From Podarcis pityusensis (taxonomy: Eukaryota), in assembly GCA_964106645.2 (NCBI GenBank), contig OZ067047.1: a DNA stretch of 64,000 nucleotides; one strand, 5' to 3'. The notes under the pieces are model-generated. The model did not search any database. It worked only from the letters and a program-made list of their open reading frames with translations, and was not told where the DNA came from. Shown here piece by piece: positions 14,048 through 24,727 of the stretch; the stretch's first letter is position 1; each line of letters opens with the position of its first letter. A program made the translations under genes and the position numbers.

Positions 14048-17000
14048 TCCACCTCCCCTCCAGGGCCCCCTTCATCCCCTCTCGCCCCCTCCTCTACGGG
14101 CGGTGAGGAGGCAAAACCCCGGAATGAACTTCCTTCATCTTCCGATGTCTCGAACACTTCTCTCCACCTGTTGCGGTTCCTGGTCTCGAAGTACTCCTCC
14201 TCCTCAGAGTCCATCTCCCCTTCCCCTTCCGAGTCCGAGAATCCTTCCAACTCCTCCTCCTCATCGGTGGTCCCAAAGTATTCCCTCCGGAACCTCTCCA
14301 CAGGCTGAGGTTTCCTTGGGAACCTTTGATGGAACGTTTCTATCAATACCTCGTCATTGATATCTTCTGCCATTACCCAAGTGTTTTCTGACTCCGGTTC
14401 TCCTTCCCACGCTACCAAATACTCCACCTGATTCCCCTTCCACCTGGCGTCGAGGATTTCTGCCACATGGCTACTGCATTCCCTTTCTTCTATGACCGGT
14501 CCCCGAGTGGCCATCCCTTCTCGTCCCCCCTCATACGGTGACAGTAACGACCTGTGAAATACTGGGTGCAGTTTCATGTGGTTGGGTAACCGGAGCCTGA
14601 AAGCCACTGGGTTGACCTGTTGAATGACCTCAAAGGGACCCAATCTCCTGGGTCTTAATTTCTTACAACCTCCTTTGAACGGCAACCCTTGGGTTGACAG
14701 CCACACCCTATCTCCCACCCTTATGGTTTCACCTTCCCTTCGGTTCTTGTCTGCCTGCCTCTTGTATTCTTCCTTCGCCCTTTCTAAGTTGAGTTGGAGC
14801 TGACGATGGATTGCTTCCATTTCTTCTACAAAATGCTCGGCTGCCGGGACGCTCCATCTCTCCCCTTCTCCCCCTGGGAAAGCCCTGGGATGACACCCAT
14901 AATTAGCCAAGAAGGGGCTCATCCCTGTGGACACATTCTCGGCATTGTTGTAGGCAAATTCCGCCAGCGCCAACTTTTCTACCCAGTCATTCTCTCTGTC
15001 ATTGACATAACACCTCAGGTATTGCTGGAGGACACCGTTTGCTCTTTCCGCCTGCCCGTTGGTTTCAGGGTGCCGGGCAGTCGAAAAGTTGACCTCCACC
15101 TGCAGTAAGCTCATGAGCTTCCTCCAGAACCTGGAAGTAAATTGTTTTCCTCGGTCTGAGACCACCCTCAATGGCACCCCGTGCAACCTAAAAATGTGTT
15201 CTACAAATAACTTCGCTGTCTCTTCCGCCGTGACTGCATGCGAGCAGGCTACAAAGTGGCACATCTTTGTTAGTAGGTCTACCACCACCATGATGGCTGT
15301 TTTCCCCTTGGACTTCAGCAGATCAGTCATAAAATCTATCGACACTGCCTCCCAAGGTCGTTTTGGGGTTGGTAAGGGTTCTAATAGCCCCGCCGGTGCC
15401 CGCCTCTCCCCTTTGGCTTGCTGGCATTGCTCACACCCTCTTACATACTCCCGTACATCTTCCCTCACCTTAGGCCACCAAAATTCCCTGGTGACCAACC
15501 ACATGGTTTTGTGTTGTCCAAAATGCCCCGCCGTGGGGTTGTCGTGCAACTGCTTGAGTACCCTCCCCCTTAAGTCTCCTTCAGGGATATACAGTGCCCC
15601 TTTGTAATACAAAGCTCCATTTCTTTCCTCGAAACCCCCTGGTTCCTCTCCCTCACCCCTAAGACCTCTGAGCTTATTCTGGGCGTATTCATCATTCTCT
15701 GTTTCCTCTACCAGTTCTCTTTGTCCCACCAATGCCGCCCCACACACCCAGCAGTCCTCTGGAATGACATGTCTCTCTTCGGGTGCTCCCTCCCCCTCCA
15801 AATATTCAGGTTTGCGTGAGAGAGCGTCCGCCCTAATGTTCTCTGGGCCTGGCACGTAACAAATCTCAAAGTTAAATTTGGAGAACTCCTGGGCCCATCT
15901 CACTTGCCGTTGGTTGAGCACTCGTGCCGTCCTCCAATACTCTAGGTTCTTGTGGTCAGTGCACACTTGCACCTTATGTTGTGCGCCAATTAGCAGGTGC
16001 CTCCATCTCCGGAACGCCTCATGAATGGCTAGTAGTTCTCGGTCATACACCGTGTAGTTCCTCTCGGATTTGTTCAGCTTTCGCGAAAAAAAGGCACACG
16101 GTCTCCACTCTGACTCCTCCTTCCCTGGCTGCAGAAGCACCGCCCCAATCGCTCTGTCTGATGCGTCAGTTTCCACTCTCATCGGTTTTTGTAAATCCAC
16201 ATGCAGGAGTTGTTGTTCCGAGGCGAAGGCCCTTTTTAGTTCCTCAAATGCTCGCTCCGCCTCCTCAGTCCAAACGAACTTCTTCTTACTGCTGAGACAG
16301 TCCGTAATGGGCGCCGTCAGGTGGGCAAAGTTTCGGATGAACTTACGATAGAAGTTCCCAAATCCTAGGAACCTCTGCACATCCTTCCTTGTTTTGGGTG
16401 TTTTCCATTCCAGCACCGCCTGGACCTTGCCGGGATCCATGGCCAATCCCTTGTCTGACAGGCGATACCCCAGGAATTCCACCTCCTTGGTATGAAACTG
16501 ACACTTCTCCAGTTTCACCCACAGCTGGTTGGCTTGCAGCCTGCTCAACACTTCTCTGACGTCTCTCACATGCTGCTCCTCATTCTCAGAATACACCAAC
16601 ACGTCGTCTAAGAAGGCCACACAATTCTTGTAAAGCAAAGGCCCCAGGACGTGGTTCATAAACGATTGAAAGCATGCGGAGCCTCCTTGTAGGCCGAAGG
16701 GCATAACTAAATATTCAAATGCCCCTAAAGGGGTGAACATGGTGGTTTTCCATTCATCCCCCTTCCTTATTCGTATCAGGTTGTACGCCCCCCTTAGGTC
16801 CAGCTTTGTGAAAATCTTTCCCTTCCGCACCCTTGTCAAAATGTCGTCAATCCTGGGCATAGGGAAAGCCACTGGTTCTGACACTGCATTTAAGGCCCTG
16901 AAGTCACACACCAGCCTCGGCTTGCTCGTGTTTTTTTTATCCACAAAAAACACTGGGCTGCCCCCCACCGCCCTGGACTCTCTGATGAACCCTCTCTTCA

Positions 17001-17720
17001 GGTTCTTGTCAATGAACTCTCTTAGCTCCTGCATCTCTCTGTCTGACATGGCGTACAGCTTGCCTACAGGGAGCTGTGCCCCAGGGAGTAAATTGATTTG
17101 ACAGTCAAAGGGTCTATGCGGAGGTAGTTGGTCAGCTTCCCTTTCGCTGAAGACGTCGCGGAGATCTGCGTATTGTCGTGGTACCTTCACGTTCTCCGTT
17201 ACTTCAGTCCCTGCTAGGGTGGCTTGGGCCCCTGCCAAACCCTTTCCCTCTTTGCAGTGTTCTAAGCAATGTGCTGAACCAAAAGAAACCACTCTCTGAT
17301 GCCAGCCCACCAGCGGATCATGTAACGCTAGCCAGCTCATCCCCAATATAATGGGAGCTCCTCCCAAGGTGGCCACATTAAACGCTATCAGTTCGGTGTG
17401 CCTTGCCACCTTCATTATCATTGGGACGGTCTGCAAGCTGACTTCTCCTCCCAACAGCTCCCTGCCATCGATCGTGGTCACCTGCAGGGGGTTGCTTAAA
17501 GGGATCGTCTGTATCTGGTGTTCAGCTGCAAACTCTTTGCTCATGAAATTGCAGGAGCTGCCTGAGTCCAACAGCGCCTTTATCTTTAGAGGGTGTCCGT
17601 TTGGCAGCTCTAGCGCCACTTCTATCACTAGGGCGGGTTTAGGAGGTTCTGGCGTGGGCACTTTCACTGCTCTTTGGCCTGGCTGCTGTGCCCCGACGGT
17701 GGCAGCCAGGCGTTGGCTTT
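13744..17720 (-). CDS. pol: Pol (protease-RT-RNase H-integrase-chromodomain-acidic/basic tail), probably expressed by -1 frameshift from gag
   Basis: LLDSGS protease; FLDD RT; ETDAS RNase H; HDNPTAGH...CEQC and DDE integrase; GPF motif; chromodomain YLVAWEG...NTW; no internal stops. Confidence 0.95.
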
Positions 17721-18677
17721 TACTTGCTCCGGTATTTCTTCCTCTCTTCCCTCCACAGCTCCTACCATCCCTTGCCATTCCTTCCTCTGGGGGCAGACTC
17801 TGGCAAAGTGACCTGGCTGTTGGCAGAGATAGCATTTCCGGGCGCCTTTTCCCTCCTTCTTTCCCCCCTCACTGGGCTTTGAAACTGCGCGCGCGCGCGC
17901 TGTTCCGATTTCCATCGGCTCTGCCGGCGGGAAAGTTGGCTCTGGAATGTCTGGAATGCGGAACTCCTTCCAACGTTCCCCCTTCCCTTCCCGCCTCTCC
18001 AATGCTCTCGCCTCCTGGCGCGCTCCTATGGTCAGCGCTGATTTGGTCAGCTGGTCCATAGACTCCGCCCTGGGCGCCCGGGAAAGTTCGTCTTTCACAG
18101 CCGAAGAAAGCCCTTCTTCAAAGAGCATTTGAATGGGTTCCGCCGATAGATCCCACCCCAATTTATGGATCAACATGGTGAACTCAGTCCAGTACTCACG
18201 GACAGATCGGCTCCCCTGTTTGCAAGCCATTAACTGTCTGCGGACCACTCCCTGTTCAATATCGCTGGAAAACATCAGATCCATGGCGCGAAAGAACTTC
18301 ATTGTGTCCTTTAGGACGTCACTATTCGCTGCCATCAGGGGTCTAACCCAGTCTCTCGCCCCCTTTTCAAGATGCCCAATCACGAAAGCCACTCGTGATT
18401 CCTCGTCAGGGAATTCATCAAACTGCAGATTGAGGGCATATTGCATCTCTGTCCGAAAGCCATGATAGTCTTTGGGCTCCCCCCCAAACTTCTGCACCAA
18501 TCCTGGTACCTTTCTGGCGAGCTGGGTGTCTTTCCCCTTTTTGTCTGCATCCTGAGCCCTCCTCTCCTCAAGCCTCGCCGTCTGCAGCGCTAGCTGGACC
18601 TCCAACACCCGGTACCTTTCTTCCAGGCTTGGACCCGCCCCAGCTCCTGCTTCTCCGGTTCCGGCTGGGTTGCTCAT
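17664..18677 (-). CDS. gag: Gag (sushi/PEG10-like capsid plus CCHC zinc knuckle), 337 aa
   Basis: Open ORF; QGSRSVREY and EGLSSAVKDEL capsid motifs, EPMEIG, CYLCQQPGHFARVC. Confidence 0.95.
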   Translation of the reverse strand: MSNPAGTGEAGAGAGPSLEERYRVLEVQLALQTARLEERRAQDADKKGKDTQLARKVPGLVQKFGGEPKDYHGFRTEMQYALNLQFDEFPDEESRVAFVIGHLEKGARDWVRPLMAANSDVLKDTMKFFRAMDLMFSSDIEQGVVRRQLMACKQGSRSVREYWTEFTMLIHKLGWDLSAEPIQMLFEEGLSSAVKDELSRAPRAESMDQLTKSALTIGARQEARALERREGKGERWKEFRIPDIPEPTFPPAEPMEIGTARARAVSKPSEGGKKEGKGARKCYLCQQPGHFARVCPQRKEWQGMVGAVEGREEEIPEQVKANAWLPPSGHSSQAKEQ

Positions 18678-18722
18678 GATGCCTTCTCCTGCACAAGCTG
18701 CTCACGGAGACTGTCGGAATGC

Positions 18723-19130
18723 TGTGATGGGACGATGAGCTGCTTGTGTGTAAAATCCAAGTCCCTCAGAGTTTGGTCAAGTTTGCAAACCTCTGTCTGT
18801 AACGGACCCCCTTAAACATGGCTCCGTCAGTCGCTGGCAGATTCCGACAGTGGTTGCTTTCGGAATCGCTTCCAACATAAAAGCTCCTTAACGGAAACAC
18901 GTCTTCTGGACTCTCTGCGTGACAGTTTCCGGCGAGGAGTGGGTGTCCCTACAGGAGGTCCTGAAACCTCCCCACTGTTTTCGCTGGAAGTGTCTCTGAG
19001 CCATCCCTCCAGCTCACTTTCCCTCAGCTCAGCTCCTCTCCCCCTACTGGTTCCCTCTTCAGCTGCTGAGTCTCTCCCAACCTGTGTGAGCCCTTTCACT
19101 TCCCTTCCTTCCGATGGCAGTTCCCTGACA
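18723..19130 (-). repeat. 5' LTR of the Gypsy element
   Basis: Direct repeat of 13640-14047 with one mismatch (18807 C vs 13724 G). Confidence 0.97.
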
Positions 19131-21251
19131 CTATCCTATGAATTAGTACCTTTCTGTCGTAAAATTTGAGCATCCATCAATCTATTGTTGTATAAATGTA
19201 TCATTCATTATCTACAGCCACACAGAGTTGGTTTGAATTTTGCTGCTCTGTATGCATGTGATAATGCACAAGCACACATTTGACAGAATAATTTATTCTT
19301 TGGAGAATAGTTATGAATGGAGTTTCCAGTGTGCCTCCATGTTCCTAGTTTATTGTAATGTAAAGAGCAACTGTGTTAAAAGTACAGATATCCTGTCTAA
19401 TTTATGGAAAGCCATTATGTAGTCATCTGGGCTTTCATACAGACATCAGGAAAAGCATTTAGAGAAAGCTGTGTGGAACTGAAACTTTATTTAAATGGGA
19501 TTAACAATTTCTCTTCCACAAAGTCAATTCCTTAAAGCTAATCAAAATTTCCAAGGAACATGTCTTTTTTGCTTGCTACAGTGACTTTAATCACTTCTTT
19601 ATAAGTGGTGTAACATCTTCATATAGGATGCAACTTGGATCCATCTGCTAGGGGCCATGTGAGCCAATACGATGATTTTAACATTTTGCGGGGAACACAC
19701 CAACAGCATGTGCTGCGTTTCTCTTTCTCAATTCCTTCTCAAAGAGATAAGTCCTCGCTCCAAGAATATCCTGATATTTATAAACAAACCAAATCTTTAG
19801 AAAATTACTACCTCCCAACACCAATAATCATCATTATTTTTCCCAGGGATTGTATTTTTGTGTGTGTAATTTTAATTCTTTCTTCTTGTACATTATTGGA
19901 GGATACGTTCCGCTTAAATAAACAAGAATGAAAAAACCCCCTATTTTTGTATGCCTCTCTTAACTGAGCAAATAGAAACTTGAAGGAGCTGGTTTACATG
20001 GGGGACACAGTGGCTAAGATAAGATTAACACTTCTCTTCCAGAGTAGTTGCCCCAACTCAATTCAGGGATGCTTTAAAAAGAAGGGAAATCTGGTCGTCT
20101 AGTTTGGACCTATATTTCCAGGCTGAATTAGCTCCTACATTGTGAGATGGGCTTTGAAGCCTTGTCTAGAGTATATTCTAAAAATAACCAGGTTACTAAA
20201 TAAGAGTGTTATTTGAAAAAAGTATACAACAGCTGTTTTCTATCACTTTTATGTGTTAAGATTGCCAGATTATGTTTGGTTCACCAGTGTTGCCAAGGCA
20301 GTTTCACTGAATTATTTTCCCTCTACAAACTGATCAGCTATAAAAATACAAGTTTGAGACAATGTGATTAATTAGCACAAGTACTTTTTGAAAGCAGGAA
20401 GAACTACGGATATGATCTTTTGAGGTTTAAAACTATTCATCATCAGTTTAGTAAGTTTAAGAGTCTCAAATGAGCACCTTTTTCTCAAGCAGTGAGACAT
20501 TCCAGGGGTCTAAGTGCTTCACAGCGTTTGGTTTCCTTTGGAAGAAAGGATCTCTGGAAACTTATGTCAATTTGCAATATTGAAATTTATTTACTAACAT
20601 ACACATACTGGGTGGTCAAGATAAAAATACAGTTGTGAAGACTGCACATTTTCTATCTGCAGCATCTGATGAGAGGAGTAATTTCTTGAGAGAGAATGTT
20701 GTGTCTTATCAGGGAGATTTAGAAATTTAGGTTTGTTTTATATATTTTTTCATTTAGGTTTTACAAAATTTTATTCAGATTTGCACACATCCATTTCATT
20801 TTATACTTGATCAGTCCACTAAGTTCTTTCTCTGGTCAGTCACCACCAAGTTCAGACCCTGTTATCATATATATTTTTGTCCTTGTGTGCATCACCTAAC
20901 ACTTGTTTACACTGAATCACATTTTATGCCCTTTCACCAAGCTTGAAGCAATTCTTTCTTTCCTTGCAGTCCCTTTTTGTTCTTACCACTATGAAAAATT
21001 AATAAATCAAATCCAAGAGCAGTTTGGAGGCTTGAAAGAGCACAGAGGCATGTAGAGATCATTCAAATGAGCTTTTCTTGACTGCAACCAGTAGATAACT
21101 TAACTCATTAGGGGATGGAAGCAGCTCAGTTCCACAGCTCATACTTTGCAAGCAGAATGTCCCAGGTGTGATTAGAAAAAAACTCATTGGTGAAACCCTG
21201 GAGAGCCACTGTCCATCCATGCCAATGATAGCTGGGCTAGATGGGCCTATG

Positions 21252-21415
21252 CAGGGCTTTTTTTAGGGGGGACTCACAGGAACTCAGTTCCAGCACCTCT
21301 CAGGTGGGTTCTGGCAGTTTCAGCACCTCTCTGGTAGGCTCCATTGCCATTCTAAGAGAAGAGGGAGGTGTTCATGGTGAGTTCCAGCACCTTTTTTCCT
21401 AGAAAAATAGCACTG
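21252..21415. mobile_element. hAT-type MITE nested in an older SINE-like repeat (~21110-21458)
   Basis: Imperfect TIR CAGkGCTwTTTTT; perfect 8-bp TSD GGCCTATG. Confidence 0.8.
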
Positions 21416-21588
21416 GGCCTATGGTCTAGCTCAGTATAAAGCAGCTTCCTATGTTCCTTTTAATATTTTTTCCAGCCATTTGATGAGAGAAAAAGTGCAT
21501 CAAGTGTTTGGAGAAGATTAGCAGATTATCTTCAGCATGAGTGCATTGTGAAACCTTAAATCTAAGTGCTCTAGGTAAATTTGAGAAT

Positions 21589-21612
21589 GATTGATTGATT
21601 GATTGATTGATT
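21589..21612. repeat. (GATT)6 microsatellite just upstream of an FBXL13 splice acceptor
   Basis: Read directly. Confidence 0.9.
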
Positions 21613-21629
21613 TGTGACTTCTGTTCCAG

Positions 21630-21764
21630 AGATTCTGCCTTGATTTAAGACGCCTAGACCACATTGATTTATCTTATAACCAGCAGTTAACAAACAATTC
21701 ATTAAAAAATTTGGCATTCAACTGCCACAGAATTACAATTCTAAGTGTGACTGGTTGTCCCAAG
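21630..21764 (+). CDS. FBXL13: FBXL13 coding exon, RFCLDLRRLDHIDLSYNQQLTNNSLKNLAFNCHRITILSVTGCPK
   Basis: ttccag acceptor and gtatgt donor; 135 nt, phase 0 to 0; LRR. Confidence 0.9.
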
Positions 21765-21881
21765 GTATGTATGAAAAGAAAGACAACTTGTATTAGAAAC
21801 TCTGTTACTGAACATATAGACATTGTTCTGTTAAAATCATTGTCAGTGTTGCTAGTATTAGTGCTAAAGGCTTTGGTGGTA

Positions 21882-22217
21882 CAGTGGTGCCCCGCAAGAC
21901 GAATGCCTCGCAAGACGAAAAACCCGCTAGACGAAAGGGTTTTCCGTTTTTCGATGCGCTTCGCAAGACGAATTTCCCTATGGGCTTGCTTCGCAAAACA
22001 AAAAAGTATTGCGAGTCTTGCAATTTTTTCCCCTCCCCCCCTTTTTCTAAGCCGCTAAGCCGCTAATAGCCTTTTAGCCGCTAAGCCTTTAATAGCCGCT
22101 AAACCGCTAATAGCGCTAATCCGCTAAGCCGCTAATAGGGTTGCTTCGCAAGACGAAAAAACCGCTAGACGAAGAGACTCGCGGAACGGATTAATTTCAT
22201 CTTGCGAGGCACCACTG
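21882..22217. mobile_element. Tc1/mariner MITE, family B (CpG-rich, internal GCCGCTAA repeats)
   Basis: TIR CAGTGGTGCCyCGCAAGA; TA TSD. Confidence 0.88.
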
Positions 22218-22336
22218 TAATGCCTTAAATATACCTTAACTATTTTATGAGCTTACTAAAACTTTACTTCTCTTGGCTGTCGCTAATAATTCCTTATTTC
22301 CCCCCAAAAAACGTATCTTTTTTGCTTCATTGACAG

Positions 22337-22500
22337 GTCACTGATACCGGCATTCAGTTTGTGGCGGCAGAATGTCCTTTTCTGCACTATTTGGATATTT
22401 CAGGCTGCATGTGTATTACTGACAGAACACTTAAGTGTCTGTGGAAAGGTTGCCTTCAACTTCGAATTCTTAAGATGCTGTACTGCCCAAATATTACCAG
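22337..22500 (+). CDS. FBXL13: FBXL13 coding exon, VTDTGIQFVAAECPFLHYLDISGCMCITDRTLKCLWKGCLQLRILKMLYCPNIT
   Basis: tgacag acceptor and gtaagt donor; 164 nt, phase 0 to 2; LRR. Confidence 0.92.
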
Positions 22501-23804
22501 GTAAGTTGTTCTTTAGAAGTCTAGTTTTTATTTATTTCACAAGATTTATATACCCCTTGATTGTAATAAAAACCTCAAGGTGGTGTACAAAAAGAATAAA
22601 ATTATTAGTAAAAAAAACCCAACCCAGTTAAAAACTACTATTTAAATCATTCAGAGTTAATTAAAATCAATGATAACAGATTGTAAAAACAGATTGTAAA
22701 ACATGTCAACATTCTACAAGTCTGAATACGCTTCCCTAAACAAACATGTTTTTAGTGTACAGTGAAGGTGTCTGATTCATGTCAACAATCAAGTTGTGGA
22801 TGAGCTTGGTCTTCTTGTGGACTAATCTGTTTGCAGATCACCACATAAGCTACTTAATAAATGTATACATCATGTACCAAAAGAGTCATCGCAATAGCAT
22901 TCTTGTTAACAAAATAGTCCCAATGATCAACCAGATGCCTTCATCTACCCCAGCTGCAACAAAACATGTTCCTACAGCCACAGCAGGCGCTGTAACTCTC
23001 CAGGGGTTTGATTTCACCCCTGAAGGCACACTCTTCCATTGTCTCCCAAGACAGACAGATGTCAACCAACCAAACTTAGGTGCAAACCTATACACACTTT
23101 TCTGGGAATTAAGTCCCATCGAACACAATGTCTGACCCCGACCACTAGGGCTTCATAGACACATCCATCTTATTGGGGGAAAACAAAGCTACATTCTGTG
23201 AAGAACTACTTCTAACTAAATCTTATTAAAATGAACAAAGATTGTGCATATGATGTACCTTCTGAGTTCAGCAGGGTTGAAAGGTAAGAACCCACAAGCA
23301 CCCATTAGCGCTATTTGCTTTCTAAAAGCCAATCACTCAGTTGCAATTTATATGAACAGCATATTGTATAGTCCAGCTTTTACTGTCCTCTCCGGCCAAA
23401 TTGTTCTTGCCATTATATGCATGTTTTGTTATATTAATCCCACTCCCTCCGGCCGTAAAGCTTGAGTTGCTCAGGGACATGGGGTGAAGGAGAAATGCAA
23501 ATCTTTTTTTCACTGCCAAAGTCTCAGCTAAAATTGCATCTCCTGGCACACTATTTACATTTCATGGGAAGCTTCCATCAGGACAAATAGGAAGTTCCCT
23601 TGGAAAGCAAGTAGCATATTTGGAGAGGATTTTTGTTGTTCTGACTATGGTCTGGTGGATGCTTCAGCTGCCCCAGGGCTATTTTCAAAAAAATGCATAT
23701 ATCTATAACAAAACCACACACCTCTTTCCACTTGCGGGCACCCTTCTGTCTCCGGGGGTGGTGCACCAGTGACGACCCTGGGGTGCAAGCCCAGGCAGTG
23801 TATA

Positions 23805-23990
23805 ATAACAATAATAAATTATTATTTACATGCTGCCCATCTGACTGGGTTGCTCAGCCGCTCTGGGCGGCTTCCAACAAATTAAAACATCAAACATTAA
23901 AAACTTCCCTAAACAGGGCTGTCTTCAGATGTCTTCTAAAAGTCAGATAGTTGCTAATTTCCTTGACGTCTGATGGGAGGGTGTTCCATA
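23805..23990 (-). mobile_element. L2-clade LINE 3' fragment
   Basis: Similar to 7790-7985. Confidence 0.75.
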
Positions 23991-24501
23991 GTTGTGAGGA
24001 CATCCCCCCCACCTCAGCCTCGCTGATGTGATCCAAAGGAAAGTGGACCAATAGGTTTGGCACCAGCTTTGCTGCAGGAGTTGCTGGATCTTGCCATTTC
24101 GCATCTGTAATACTTAACGATGGTGGTGTTCTTTAAAAACCTGTTATTTATTCTATAGACAACTTCAAGTATGTGTACAGTATATGTAATGGTTTCATTA
24201 TTTTTGTTGACCTCTTCAAGAAGCATACCACCTGGAAGTTGTGTTACAAGTATTAGTGTATGTTAAATTGTATTCATTGAATGAGTGCCAAGTTGTTTGG
24301 CCCTCCGAACCTATACAATTTTTCTAAATTATTGCTGCTATCATAGTCACTATGAACAATTACAGTGTTTGTGAATATTCTATGACACAGTCCTGAAAGT
24401 GGGTTAGAAGCTCAGACACACAGCTGGTTTTAGGGTCCTCTAGTTTTTTGCTATATTATTTATGTTTTACACAAGAGATTCCTTCAGAGGAAAGACTTAT
24501 A

Positions 24502-24727
24502 CAGTGATACCTCAGGTTACATACGCTTCAGGTTACAGACTCCACTAACCCAGAAATAATGCTTCAGGTTAAGAACTTTGCTTCTGGATGAGAACAGAAA
24601 TCGTGCTCTGGCAGCGCAGCGGCAGCAGTAGGCCCCATTAGCTAAAGTGGTGCTTCAGGTTAAGAACAGTTTCAGGTTAAGAATGGACCTCTGGAATGAA
24701 TTAAGTACTTAACCTGAGGTACCACTG
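24502..24727. mobile_element. Tc1/mariner (Tigger-like) MITE, family A
   Basis: Terminal inverted repeat (TIR) CAGTGrTACCTCAGGTTA; TA TSD. Confidence 0.88.

Larger units (their letters stand above)
13640..19130 (-). mobile_element. Full-length Ty3/Gypsy LTR retrotransposon, Tf1/sushi (chromovirus) group
   Basis: Two 408-bp TG...CA LTRs; 5-bp TSD CTATC (13635-13639 and 19131-19135); intact gag and pol; polypurine tract (PPT). Confidence 0.97.

Noticed and set aside
17725-17835. Listed start of the 1363-aa pol ORF (MLSLPTARS...)
   Set aside because: Overlaps the gag zinc knuckle upstream of the frameshift signal; unlikely to be a true initiation site.
17887-17900. (GC)7 tract with Z-DNA potential
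   Set aside because: Encodes ARARA in gag next to the EPMEIG motif; no evidence of a separate function.
17351-18061. 236-aa + strand ORF, and other + strand ORFs between 13856 and 18465
   Set aside because: Antisense shadows of the GC-rich gag/pol with no recognisable domain.
18827-19099. 90-aa ORF in the 5' LTR as a separate accessory gene
   Set aside because: Duplicate of the Pol tail with a GTG start, and it lies mostly upstream of the presumed TSS.
4843-21629. Nested LRRC17 gene, known to lie inside mammalian FBXL13
   Set aside because: No LRRC17-like exons seen here; probably in an upstream intron outside the window.
22040-22140. Short regularly spaced repeats suggestive of a CRISPR array
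   Set aside because: Eukaryotic MITE interior with no unique spacers and no cas genes.
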